DNA from: Thermodesulfobacteriota bacterium | GTDB lineage: Bacteria; Desulfobacterota_D; UBA1144 | Assembly (NCBI GenBank): GCA_036340075.1 | Contig: JAYYZJ010000005.1 | Span: 37,980-101,979, forward strand | Direction of reading: 5' to 3' | Length of the DNA stretch: 64,000 bases | Part shown: piece by piece, positions 39,449-48,794 of the stretch | How positions within the stretch are numbered: position 1 is the first letter of the stretch | Layout of the letters: every line of letters starts with the position of its first letter | Notes under the pieces: model-generated | The model's database searches: none | What the model saw: the letters and a program-made list of their open reading frames with translations, nothing else | What the model was told of the DNA's origin: nothing | Position numbers and translations under genes: made by a program

Positions 39449-40033
39449 TTAAATATTTAATTTTGTTAGCAAATCTTTAACAGCTTCAGATCTGTGGCTT
39501 AAGAGAATCTTCTTATTTGGTTCTAATTCTCCAAAAGTCTTGGAAAGCTCTTCATTGTAAAATACGGGATCATATCCAAAACCATTTTTTCCCTTTGGAG
39601 ACTCGGTTATCAAGCCCTTGCATGTTCCATAACCTATAATTGGGCTATCAACATTTGTTGGATTACCATAAGCTATACAACACACAAATCTCGCTGTTCT
39701 ATCTGTATTTCCTTCCATTTTCTTTAAAAGCTTGTTTAAATTCTCTTGATCTGAGGAGCCCTTCCCTGCATATCTTGCTGAAAAAACACCTGGTTCATTA
39801 TTTAATGAAATTACTTCAAGTCCTGAATCGTCTGCAATAACAGGAATGGAAGATTTTTGAATTAAATATTTAAGTTTAATTATTGCATTTTCTTCGTAAG
39901 TAACCCCAGTTTCTTCAACATTGAGACTAATCCCGTAAGAATTCAATGATACCGGGTCGAACAAGCCTTTAAGAAGAATTTTATATTCATCAATTTTGCC
40001 TTGATTGTTAGTTCCGATAAGTATTTGTTGCAA
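39449..40033 (-). CDS. rdgB: dITP/XTP pyrophosphatase (Ham1/RdgB family)
   Basis: ILIGTNNQGKIDEY...FGYDP family motifs. The track ORF start at 40093 runs into the tmRNA 3' end. The likely true start is the TTG (Leu21) preceded by AAGGAAAAG. Confidence 0.75.
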   Translation of the reverse strand: MQQILIGTNNQGKIDEYKILLKGLFDPVSLNSYGISLNVEETGVTYEENAIIKLKYLIQKSSIPVIADDSGLEVISLNNEPGVFSARYAGKGSSDQENLNKLLKKMEGNTDRTARFVCCIAYGNPTNVDSPIIGYGTCKGLITESPKGKNGFGYDPVFYNEELSKTFGELEPNKKILLSHRSEAVKDLLTKLNI

Positions 40034-40050
40034 AGACTTTTCCTTTTCTT

Positions 40051-40395
40051 GTGGAGGCGCTGGGAATCGAACCCAGGTCCGAGAATGTGCCAAATAGAGC
40101 TTCTACATGCTTATTTTAGCATTAAATTTAAAAGTACTTCTTGAGCCAAAAAACAAAAAATACTTCGATTCCCTTTAATACTGAAAAAAAATAAAGGGAA
40201 AATATTTTTTTTCAGGCTCATATGAATGACATTGTAAAAAACTCTATGAGCAAAGTTGATTACAATGTTGCTGCTCTATTTAGGCAGCAAGTTGATTGAT
40301 TGGTTCGGCACTTATAGTGCTTTTGCAATTTTCACGAGTTAGCTCTCGACATGCTACTTCTAAACGCAAAATCCTCGTCGAAACCAAATCGCCCC
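40051..40395 (-). ncRNA. ssrA: transfer-messenger RNA (tmRNA, SsrA)
   Basis: Minus-strand 5' GGGGGCGAUUUGGUUUCGACG with G3.U pairs with the 3' ...GGUUCGAUUCCCAGCGCCUCCA T-arm and acceptor. Internal tag ORF GCC GAA CCA AUC AAU CAA CUU GCU GCC UAA gives (A)AEPINQLAA. Coordinates approximate. Confidence 0.9.
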
Positions 40396-40431
40396 CAAAT
40401 AATAAGTAACTTAGAATATTACAAAAAGAAG

Positions 40432-40884
40432 CTAAATACTAGTTTTATTTTTAAAAGATCTCTCCAACTCTCTTTTTAAGTCTTTTTTCTTCAAATCTGT
40501 TCTTTTATCATAAAGTTTTTTACCTTTTCCAAGGCCGATTTCAATCTTTATTAAGCTCTTCCGAGAGTATACCTTGATGGGAATTAGAGCATAACCTTTA
40601 ATTTGAATCTTCCCTATCAGCTTTCTGATTTCTGCTTTATTTAATAATAATTTTCTATCTCTTTTCTCTTCATGTCCAAAAAAAGATGAATTAGAAAATT
40701 TAGATATATAAGAATTAATAATAAATATCTCTCCTCTTCTTGAGACAGCATAGCTCTCTTTAATACTAAGTTTTCCCTGTTTAACAGATTTAACTTCAGA
40801 GCCAGATAGCACAATACCTGCTTCAAAGGTTTCTTCTATATGATAATTTCTTTTAGCATTTGGATTAGTAGAATAAATTGGCAT
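40432..40884 (-). CDS. smpB: SsrA-binding protein
   Basis: SmpB fold sequence (GIVLSGSEVKS...KGYALIPIKVY) with a basic C-terminal tail. Immediately upstream of ssrA. Confidence 0.9.
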   Translation of the reverse strand: MPIYSTNPNAKRNYHIEETFEAGIVLSGSEVKSVKQGKLSIKESYAVSRRGEIFIINSYISKFSNSSFFGHEEKRDRKLLLNKAEIRKLIGKIQIKGYALIPIKVYSRKSLIKIEIGLGKGKKLYDKRTDLKKKDLKRELERSFKNKTSI

Positions 40885-40886
40885 GG

Positions 40887-41876
40887 TTAAAACAGAGTCA
40901 TGACTCCGAATGCTGCCGTAATAGTAGTTAGAGGTGCTAAATCTTCTTGAGTTTCTGTCGCATTTTTTAATTTTCTAACTGAATTTAAAGCATCGTAATA
41001 CAAACGATCATCATTAATTAGTTTTCCAAGTGTTCCTTGTCCTGAATTAATTTTTTTAATTAATTCATTAAGATTAGTTGATAATTCATTAACTGCATTA
41101 TAAAGTTTGTCATCATTGACTAATTTCCCCAAAGATCCTTCACCAGTAGCTACTTTGTCAGTAAGATAATTTAATTTTACTAATGCTTTTTTTGCTTCAA
41201 CATAAACAGTGTCGTCATTTACCAACATACCTATGGTTCCTTCTCCTTTATCAATTTTTTCAGATATTCTGGAAAAAAACTCTAGAGTTTTATTTAACTC
41301 CTCATAAACTTTTGGATCATTAACTAATTTACCAATAGTTCCTTGAGAAGTAGCTATGCTAGCAGTAATTTCACTTAAATTACCAAGTATTGATTTAATT
41401 TTATCGTGATATTCGAATAACTGCTTATTGACCATATCAACAGTTGTATCAATCTTGCTAACTAGAGAATTAAAATCTACCGGGGTTTTGGAAGGTATCA
41501 CTCCTCCATCTCCTAATATTGGCGAATTAACAGAACCAAAACTTAAGCCAACATAAGTTGAACCTAATAAGCTCGTCATGTTAATTGAAGCTTGAGAGTC
41601 TGTTTTTATAATTACATCTTTGTTAATAGCAATTACAACTTGGACATTCTGGCCTGCTAAGGAAATATTTTTAACGCGTCCAACTTCTACACCAGACAAT
41701 TTAACTTCACTTCCTACTCTTAATTCTCCTACTGTTGGAAAAAAGGAAATGTAAGTCTTTTCTTTCTTGTAGAAAGAAACACCTGATACAACTTCGAACA
41801 ACACCAACAACACAATGATGCCAACAACAAAAAAAGTTCCTAATTGAGCAGTTTTATTCATACAGCTATTATACAC
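40887..41876 (-). CDS. mlaD: MlaD/MCE-domain protein with four C-terminal ~38-aa repeats
   Basis: N-terminal TM and an MCE domain (LRVGSEVKLSGVEVGRV). Four repeats follow, each of G(T/S)(I/L)GKLVNDxxxY. GTG start. Confidence 0.8.
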   Translation of the reverse strand: MYNSCMNKTAQLGTFFVVGIIVLLVLFEVVSGVSFYKKEKTYISFFPTVGELRVGSEVKLSGVEVGRVKNISLAGQNVQVVIAINKDVIIKTDSQASINMTSLLGSTYVGLSFGSVNSPILGDGGVIPSKTPVDFNSLVSKIDTTVDMVNKQLFEYHDKIKSILGNLSEITASIATSQGTIGKLVNDPKVYEELNKTLEFFSRISEKIDKGEGTIGMLVNDDTVYVEAKKALVKLNYLTDKVATGEGSLGKLVNDDKLYNAVNELSTNLNELIKKINSGQGTLGKLINDDRLYYDALNSVRKLKNATETQEDLAPLTTITAAFGVMTLF

Positions 41877-41880
41877 AAAA

Positions 41881-42594
41881 TCAGATTGTTTCTAGAATAG
41901 GACTATTTGAGTTTTTTATTGTATCTATATCACCTGATAACAAGACTTTTCCCTTATCTAAAATTGATATTTTATCAGCTATAGAATATGAGAAAGGTAT
42001 ATCATGAGTTACAACGATTTGAGTCATATTTCTTTCACTTTTTAATTTATTAATTATTTGAGAAACAGTTTTGGTATTAATGGGATCTAACGCTGAAGTT
42101 GGTTCATCATATAGCAATATATCAGGCTCAATAATTAATGATCTGGCTATAGCTACTCTTTGCTGCATTCCACCACTTAGCTCAGAAATCATTTTATTTG
42201 CTGAATCTTCAATTCCTAGCTCCGTTAAAATCTTAAGAGCTTTTGAAACCCTTGTTTCCTTATCATGAATATTATGCTCATCTAAATAAATTGTAACATT
42301 ATCTAAAACAGAGAATGAATTCAACAAAGCTCCGCCTTGAAAAACGTAAGACATTTTATAATCTTGTGCGGTTTTTTCTGGATTTAAATTTTCTCCATTA
42401 ACCATTATTGTTCCAGAATCTGGTTCAATTAAACCTATAAGCATTTTTAATAGAACTGATTTTCCAGTACCTGATTTTCCCAAGATAACATGCACTTCGT
42501 TTTTCATAAAACTGGTCGACATTGAATCAATAATTATTTTTCCATCGAAGGATTTACTTAAATTGTTCAAGGTTATTGTTGCTTGGGATGTCAT
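41881..42594 (-). CDS. mlaF: phospholipid ABC transporter ATP-binding protein MlaF
   Basis: Walker A GKSGTGKS and an LSGGMQQRVAIAR signature. Start taken at internal Met (MTSQATITLNNL); the track's upstream extension overlaps mlaE. Confidence 0.8.
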   Translation of the reverse strand: MTSQATITLNNLSKSFDGKIIIDSMSTSFMKNEVHVILGKSGTGKSVLLKMLIGLIEPDSGTIMVNGENLNPEKTAQDYKMSYVFQGGALLNSFSVLDNVTIYLDEHNIHDKETRVSKALKILTELGIEDSANKMISELSGGMQQRVAIARSLIIEPDILLYDEPTSALDPINTKTVSQIINKLKSERNMTQIVVTHDIPFSYSIADKISILDKGKVLLSGDIDTIKNSNSPILETI

Positions 42595-43358
42595 AGCAAA
42601 CCTACCAATATTAGAAACCTTGTAATAAAGTAGTCCAACAATAGAACCGAAATGAATGATGCAACAACAGATTTTGTAACAGAATTTCCTATTTCTCTTG
42701 GTCCTCCTTTTGCTAACAGACCTACAGAACAAGAAATTATAGAAATGGCAATTGCAAAGAATATAGACTTTATAATCCCTGACATTATATCGGAAAGCGT
42801 CACAACTTGGCTTAGATCATTATAGAATGAAGATAAAGAGACAGAGATAGTCTGGTTCATCGAGGAAACAAAAGATCCGCCCAACCAACCAATTAAATCC
42901 ATATAAATGACAAGAAAGGGCAATGCAATCAAGCATGCTAGGAATCTTGGCAAAACTAGAAATCTAACTGGATCGATATTCATTGTTTTTAAAGCAGATA
43001 TTTCTTCGTAAACAGTCATTGATGAAATTTCGGCTGTAATTGAAGAACCAACCCTACCTGCCATTAAGATAGCTGCCATTACGGGAGCTAGTTCGGTACA
43101 TAAAGATACACCTACTATTCCTCCTATCCTGTCTTCAATTCCGTATCCTGCTAGTTGAATTCCAGTCTGCAAGGCTAATACAGCACCAATAGATAATGAT
43201 ATTAAAGCTGCAACTGGAAGGGTTCTGTTTCCCATATCAAACAATTGTGCGAGAAATTTATCTACGGTAGAACCAAAATACTTAATACACTTAATTGTTT
43301 TCCAAAGAAGCTTGAGAAATTCACCTATTCCTGTAATAATTGCCAAAATATTATTCAT
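42591..43358 (-). CDS. mlaE: phospholipid ABC transporter permease MlaE
   Basis: MlaE/YrbE permease-family protein with 5-6 TM helices. Confidence 0.8.
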   Translation of the reverse strand: MNNILAIITGIGEFLKLLWKTIKCIKYFGSTVDKFLAQLFDMGNRTLPVAALISLSIGAVLALQTGIQLAGYGIEDRIGGIVGVSLCTELAPVMAAILMAGRVGSSITAEISSMTVYEEISALKTMNIDPVRFLVLPRFLACLIALPFLVIYMDLIGWLGGSFVSSMNQTISVSLSSFYNDLSQVVTLSDIMSGIIKSIFFAIAISIISCSVGLLAKGGPREIGNSVTKSVVASFISVLLLDYFITRFLILVGLL

Positions 43359-44743
43359 ATATTTATTGGAATATATAATATTCTAATTTTTGATTCATCA
43401 CCAGTTTCTAGTCCTAAAAAACCACCCAGGATATTAAATTTAGTGCCATTATCGTTTGAACTATGAGAAATAATTGGTATTAGAAAGTTAATGCTAAATT
43501 CCTTTGATTTATTAGATCTATCATTCTTATATTTAATTAAATTAAACATTATTGATGTTCTAAAAACACTTGCATCTTCTTGAATCCTTAGAATTGACCA
43601 CATTGGGGACCATATCTTCTTAATTTTCTGATTCTTTGAAAAGAAGCTCTCTATAGGGGAAAATATTCTAAAATCATACCCATCAACATAAGTGTCCTTC
43701 GAATAGATAGGCCAAAGCGTTGAAAATTCTCTAGAAATTTTATTTGTAATCAAATCATAATATGTATCTTGCTTATATAGAAAAAAAAGAAAACTTTGGG
43801 TTTTAAAGTATTCAGTTGCTAAAATTTCATTTTTATATCTATATATAGGCCAGAAGTAGAAACCTTTTTCTACATTAGGTGTTTTAACATAAGAATAAAA
43901 TGGAAAAAATCTTTGGCTTTTAATGTTGACTCCTTTTTTATACTGAATTATAGGCCATGGCATATTATATGTTGTTTGTCCTCTTGTCTTATCGGTATAA
44001 ATATTAAAAAAAGGCCAAAGATAAGTCTTAGATTTGTGTAGTGATGAGTTTGAAGAAAGATATATAGGAAAGAATATCTTTTGTTCCAAATTAATCCCTG
44101 CTCTTGTATCTTTTTTGTAAGCATAAAATGGCCACAAAATGAATCTTGATTTTCTTACAACATTCAAATTATTCTCATCCATTTTCGTTTCATAGCCAAA
44201 TAGTGGCCATACTTTAAAGCCAGAAACATATTTACCGTCCACTTTCGAGAAGAAAGGCCAAAGAAAATGTCTATTTACAGAATTCTTTTTGACTGTTTTT
44301 AGATATAAAGGGAATAGAAAATATGAAATTTCTTTTTTGTTATATTTATCTTTTAGATTGCCCCATATGGGAAAAAGTGAAAAGTAATCATTTTCTGGTT
44401 TTCCAGACCATGAAACATCGAGAATTGGGAATATCGAGAATTTTTTTTCTTCCAAATCATCGTAATCGTTAAAATTGCTATAGCGAATTATTGAGAAAAA
44501 AGCTTTGAATTGAGTTTGCTGATTGTCTTCTTGATACCCAATAAAAGGATAAATGATATCTAAAGATCTAAATTTTAATTCATAATCTGCTTCGTAATAG
44601 AAAAGTGGTCTAAAAGCATATGTTTTAGATGATTCATCTTTTTTATATTCAATTATCGGTCCCAACATAGTAAATGCATCTTGAGCAAATATATTTATTG
44701 GGAGAAGAGCTATTATTAGAATAATTGTTAGTAATTTTTTCAT
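43355..44743 (-). CDS. secreted aromatic-rich repeat protein (about 16 copies of a hydrophobic-W/F-P-hydrophobic-aromatic motif), function unknown
   Basis: Signal peptide MKKLLTIILIIALLPINIFAQD. Repeated units include FLWPFFSKV, KVWPLFGYE, ILWPFYAYK, IFFPIYLSS, YLWPFFNIY, MPWPIIQYK, RFFPFYSYV, YFWPIYRYK and TLWPIYSKD. It overlaps mlaE and alr by 4 nt each. Confidence 0.6.
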   Translation of the reverse strand: MKKLLTIILIIALLPINIFAQDAFTMLGPIIEYKKDESSKTYAFRPLFYYEADYELKFRSLDIIYPFIGYQEDNQQTQFKAFFSIIRYSNFNDYDDLEEKKFSIFPILDVSWSGKPENDYFSLFPIWGNLKDKYNKKEISYFLFPLYLKTVKKNSVNRHFLWPFFSKVDGKYVSGFKVWPLFGYETKMDENNLNVVRKSRFILWPFYAYKKDTRAGINLEQKIFFPIYLSSNSSLHKSKTYLWPFFNIYTDKTRGQTTYNMPWPIIQYKKGVNIKSQRFFPFYSYVKTPNVEKGFYFWPIYRYKNEILATEYFKTQSFLFFLYKQDTYYDLITNKISREFSTLWPIYSKDTYVDGYDFRIFSPIESFFSKNQKIKKIWSPMWSILRIQEDASVFRTSIMFNLIKYKNDRSNKSKEFSINFLIPIISHSSNDNGTKFNILGGFLGLETGDESKIRILYIPINI

Positions 44744-45816
44744 AAATAAGACCTTTTAACTCTTTTACTAATTCCGCATACAATTTCATAAGGTATTGTT
44801 CCGATAGAAGATGATAAATCATTTGCTGTATATGAATCATCAAAGATTATTATTTCGTCTCCAACTTTTGGTTCTTTAATTTCTGATAAATCTATCATAG
44901 TTAAATCCATACAGACTCTACCAATTATTTTACATTTTATATCTCCATATCTTACAAATCCAATGTTTGAAACTGCTCTAGGGAGTCCATCGGCATATCC
45001 TATGGGTATAACTCCAATATTCATATTCTTCTCAGCCACAAAGTCTCTTCCGTAACTTACTGACTCGTTCTTATTTACATCTCTAATTTTTATAATCTTT
45101 GTTTTTAGCTTCATTACTGGTAAAAGATGTTGTTTCCCGCTATCTCCTAAGCCGTACATTAAGATTCCGGGCCTTACCATATTAAAATGAGAATCAGGAT
45201 AATTAATGATTCCTGAACTATTTGCTGCATGAAAATATTTAACATTTTCTATATTTTCTTTATATTCTTTAATAATCTTATTGAAATTATCTATTTGATT
45301 TAATGTAAAATCAGAATTTATTTTATCAGCTTCAGGAAAATGAGTATAAATACCTTCCAGTTTGAGCTTATTGTTAGATCTTATTAAATCAATACTATGG
45401 CTTATTTCTTTTATAGATATGCCTAATCTATTCATTCCTGTGTCAATCTTTAAATGAAAAGGGATATTAGTTTCATCAAGGGTTAAAAGAAACTCTAGCT
45501 GTTTTAAGTCATAAACTGTAAAAACTATTTTCCTACTTACAGCTTCTTTTATTTCATCATTTTCTATTGATCCAAGAATTAAAATATTACAAGAAATTCC
45601 TGAATCTAATAATTCTCTTGCTTCTTCAAGTGTTGCAACTCCAAAACTTTTAATATCATTTTCAATAAGAGCTTTGGTCATTGTAATAGATCCATGACCA
45701 TAAGCATTAGCCTTAACAATAGCTAAGATTTCAACTTCTTTGCCCACTATGCTCCGTAGATAACTAATATTCTTCTTTAAATTAGAAAGGTCTATTTCAG
45801 CTTGAGTAGATCGCAT
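44740..45816 (-). CDS. alr: alanine racemase
   Basis: AIVKANAYGHG PLP-lysine motif. Confidence 0.9.
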   Translation of the reverse strand: MRSTQAEIDLSNLKKNISYLRSIVGKEVEILAIVKANAYGHGSITMTKALIENDIKSFGVATLEEARELLDSGISCNILILGSIENDEIKEAVSRKIVFTVYDLKQLEFLLTLDETNIPFHLKIDTGMNRLGISIKEISHSIDLIRSNNKLKLEGIYTHFPEADKINSDFTLNQIDNFNKIIKEYKENIENVKYFHAANSSGIINYPDSHFNMVRPGILMYGLGDSGKQHLLPVMKLKTKIIKIRDVNKNESVSYGRDFVAEKNMNIGVIPIGYADGLPRAVSNIGFVRYGDIKCKIIGRVCMDLTMIDLSEIKEPKVGDEIIIFDDSYTANDLSSSIGTIPYEIVCGISKRVKRSYL

Positions 45817-45899
45817 TATTTCTTAATCTAACATAGATGTGTTTATTTCTCGAATAACCTAGCTTGATTACTTATTTATGATATATTTCTCTTACCTAA

Positions 45900-47075
45900 A
45901 TGTCATTTTCAACACTAGAAAAAAAAGTAACAGGAATAGTAAGCTTAATATTGTCATTAAGGCTATTAGGCCTATTTATGCTATTGCCAATATTCAGCAT
46001 TTATGCCATTGATTATGAAAATTCTAATGCATTTTTGGCTGGGATAGCAATTGGTGTCTATTCTTTATCTCAAGCAATTATGCAAATACCTCTTGCTTAT
46101 TTAAGCGACAAAATTGGAAGGCGAGTAGTAGTTCTTATAGGCCTTGGTTTCTTTACAATCGGAAGCCTAATTTGTTATGTTGCAAATGATATAAACCTAC
46201 TAATCTTCGGTAGAGTAATACAAGGCTGTGGAGCAATTAGTTCAGTTGGTGTTGCGACTTTAGCAGAAAATACAAATGAAAACAATCGAGCCAGTGCTTT
46301 TACTATAGTTGGTCTTTCTGTTGGTGTAGCATTTGTAATAGGATTCTTAATAGGGCCTTTTTTGTCTTATCTGTTTAATTTTAAAATTTTGTTTTTGCTG
46401 CTTTTCTTTTTTGGTATTTTGGCAATATTATGTGCATCGTTTTTATATCCAGAAGGAAAAATCACTACTAAGGATGTAGAGAAAAGAGATCCTTTCAGAA
46501 TGAATTCTGATATGATTAAGATTTATTCTGCATCATTCATGTTGTCTATCATCTTGAGTATATTTTTGTTCATATATCCTCTAATGTGGAAAGATTTAGG
46601 TAAATCAACAAATGAGTTAAGCATTGTATATTTGATTGTTTTTCTTCCTGCCGCAATATTTATTTATCCATCAATCAGATATTTGGAAAAAATAAAAAGA
46701 ATCGACATATCAACAAGTTTTGGCTGGATATTCCTATTCATAAGTTTTCTATCATTTCTTTTCGTTGAAAGAAATATATTCTCACTTTATTTGTTAGCAA
46801 TATTCTTTTTTCTTGGTAGTACTATTTTTCATTCAACTTTACCTAGCTTGTTATCTTTAAAAGTATCAGAAAAAATGAGAGCAACAGGAAATGGTCCATA
46901 TTACATTATGAGCTTTCTTGGTCATGCTATAGGTAGCATAATAGCGGGATTCTTTTATTCTAAAGCAGAATATTTTGGTTTTAGTAACTATGCTTCTTTA
47001 ATATTTTTATGTCTAATGATTGTAACTGTATGGACTATAGTTGGATTACCCAAACATAATTCCATAAAAGAATAA
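45900..47075 (+). CDS. MFS transporter
   Basis: 12 predicted TM helices and a GRRVV-type MFS motif. Confidence 0.75.
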   Translation: MSFSTLEKKVTGIVSLILSLRLLGLFMLLPIFSIYAIDYENSNAFLAGIAIGVYSLSQAIMQIPLAYLSDKIGRRVVVLIGLGFFTIGSLICYVANDINLLIFGRVIQGCGAISSVGVATLAENTNENNRASAFTIVGLSVGVAFVIGFLIGPFLSYLFNFKILFLLLFFFGILAILCASFLYPEGKITTKDVEKRDPFRMNSDMIKIYSASFMLSIILSIFLFIYPLMWKDLGKSTNELSIVYLIVFLPAAIFIYPSIRYLEKIKRIDISTSFGWIFLFISFLSFLFVERNIFSLYLLAIFFFLGSTIFHSTLPSLLSLKVSEKMRATGNGPYYIMSFLGHAIGSIIAGFFYSKAEYFGFSNYASLIFLCLMIVTVWTIVGLPKHNSIKE

Positions 47076-47097
47076 ATTTTTAAGGTATCATTAGCTT

Positions 47098-47448
47098 ATG
47101 TCAATGATAATAATTATTAACGAGCCTCCATCATCCAGTAAAACATGGAATGCTTTAAGGATAACAGCTGCATTGTTAAGCAATGATGAAGATGTCGAAA
47201 TTTTTTTGATGAATGATGGCGTATTCAATGCTCTCCATAATCAAAATCCACCCGATGAAATCAAAGGACAATCAACATCTGAAAAAATAAAACAACTAGT
47301 AGAAATAGGGGCAAAAGCTTTTTATTGTAGTCAATGTGCGGAAACTAGAGGAATAACCAAAGATCAAATTAACCCAGAAATAGAAAAGTCTAATTTAATA
47401 GAACTTTCCAAAAAAATTCAAAATACTTCTAAAACTATCAACATGTAA
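47098..47448 (+). CDS. DsrE/DsrF/YchN-like family protein
   Basis: The fold signature IIINEPP...FLMNDGV...FYCSQCAETRG is typical of DsrE-like sulfur-relay proteins. Confidence 0.6.
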   Translation: MSMIIIINEPPSSSKTWNALRITAALLSNDEDVEIFLMNDGVFNALHNQNPPDEIKGQSTSEKIKQLVEIGAKAFYCSQCAETRGITKDQINPEIEKSNLIELSKKIQNTSKTINM

Positions 47449-47455
47449 TTGATTA

Positions 47456-47902
47456 TTAGTTTAGAGACAAGCTACCATTCATAACTCCCCAGTGGCCTAA
47501 AAAACTACACCAGAAAATATAGTCTTCGCCTTTCGAAAACTTATTGGTATCTAAAACTAAAGTAATAGATTCACTTGGTCCTAAAAATTTTGTTTTATAT
47601 ATAATTTTATCATTCTTAGGTAAATACCCTTCGTTTAGGCCATTCGATGGATTCACTAAAGATGTTAACGATTCAAAGTCAGATTTTTTTGAAATAACAA
47701 TATTATGTCCAGCTAGTGAAACATCCAATGTGCCGGTATTTTTCAAGTTTATTTTAAACTCTTTACATTCTGAACTAATATTAATTTTGTTTGTGCTATA
47801 CTGCATCATTCCATCTGCTTCCAAATTTAATTCACATTCATTAGCAATAGAGACAAGATTTAGTGTAAAGAAAGCTAAAATAGCATAAAAAAGGTTTTTC
47901 AT
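47456..47902 (-). CDS. azu: azurin (type 1 blue copper protein)
   Basis: A signal peptide and the N-terminal disulfide pair (CELN...ECKEF). Cu ligands are conserved: GHN (His46), WCSFLGHWGVMNG (Cys112, His117, Met121). Colinear with Pseudomonas azurin. Confidence 0.9.
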   Translation of the reverse strand: MKNLFYAILAFFTLNLVSIANECELNLEADGMMQYSTNKINISSECKEFKINLKNTGTLDVSLAGHNIVISKKSDFESLTSLVNPSNGLNEGYLPKNDKIIYKTKFLGPSESITLVLDTNKFSKGEDYIFWCSFLGHWGVMNGSLSLN

Positions 47903-47923
47903 AATTTTCTCCTTTGATTGAAA

Positions 47924-48790
47924 TTAGTTTAAAGGCTTTAATGCCATTAATCTATTAATTCTTTCCTCAACAGGTGGGTGAGAACTAAACAATTTCCCTA
48001 CTCCACCAGTAAGTGGGCTTATTATAAACATATGACTTGTCGCAGCATCTCTTTCTTCATACCTACTTCTGATAGGTTTTGACTTTTCTGATGTACAAAA
48101 ATCGCTTATTTTTCTTAGCGCAGAAGCTAAGCTAGCAGGCTTATTTGTTATTTGTGCCGCAGTATAATCAGCTTTAAATTCTCTTGTTCTTGAAATTGCC
48201 ATTTGTATAATCAGAGCTATTATAGGGGCAAGTATTGCGATTAACAAATGTCCTATAACATTACCTGTTCCTCTGTTCCCTCTAAAAGCTCCAAAAATTA
48301 ATCCCCATTTTAACATTGATGCAATAATGCTAATAGCTCCTGCAAAAGTTGCAGCTATTGATGCAATTAAAATATCTTTATTTTCTATGTGGGCAAGCTC
48401 ATGAGCAAGCACTCCTTCTATTTCTTCATCTGTAAGTTGTTGGACAAGAGATGTAGAAACAGCTACGACTGAATTTTTTTCGTTTCTTCCAGTTGCAAAA
48501 GCATTAGGAGTTTGGTCATCATAAACAAATAATTTTGGTCCATCTATTTTAGCCTTTGTACACAAATTATCAAAAATACCAATTAAATTCTTGTATTCGG
48601 TCTCATCTACTCTTTTTGCTTTAAAAACTTTCAATACAATCTTATCTGACATCCAATAAGAACCAACGTTCATAACTATTGCAAAAATAAAGGCGAACCA
48701 CATACCACTAGATCCACCCAAATACTTTCCTATAAGAAGAAAGAAAGATGTCATTATTGCTAATAAAAAACCTGTCTTTAATGCATTCAT
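47924..48790 (-). CDS. htpX: zinc metalloprotease HtpX (M48)
   Basis: HELAHIENKD HExxH motif in a membrane protein. Confidence 0.85.
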   Translation of the reverse strand: MNALKTGFLLAIMTSFFLLIGKYLGGSSGMWFAFIFAIVMNVGSYWMSDKIVLKVFKAKRVDETEYKNLIGIFDNLCTKAKIDGPKLFVYDDQTPNAFATGRNEKNSVVAVSTSLVQQLTDEEIEGVLAHELAHIENKDILIASIAATFAGAISIIASMLKWGLIFGAFRGNRGTGNVIGHLLIAILAPIIALIIQMAISRTREFKADYTAAQITNKPASLASALRKISDFCTSEKSKPIRSRYEERDAATSHMFIISPLTGGVGKLFSSHPPVEERINRLMALKPLN

Positions 48791-48794
48791 AGAA

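Noticed and set aside
40034-40093. N-terminal 20 codons of the rdgB ORF as listed in the track
   Set aside because: This stretch is the 3' T-arm and acceptor of tmRNA. Ham1 family proteins begin just before the conserved ILIGTNN motif.
42595-42732. N-terminal extension of the mlaF ORF (MFCRSVSKRRTKRNRKF...)
   Set aside because: It overlaps the 3' end of mlaE in another frame. The conserved MlaF sequence begins at the internal Met, giving the usual 4-nt overlap.
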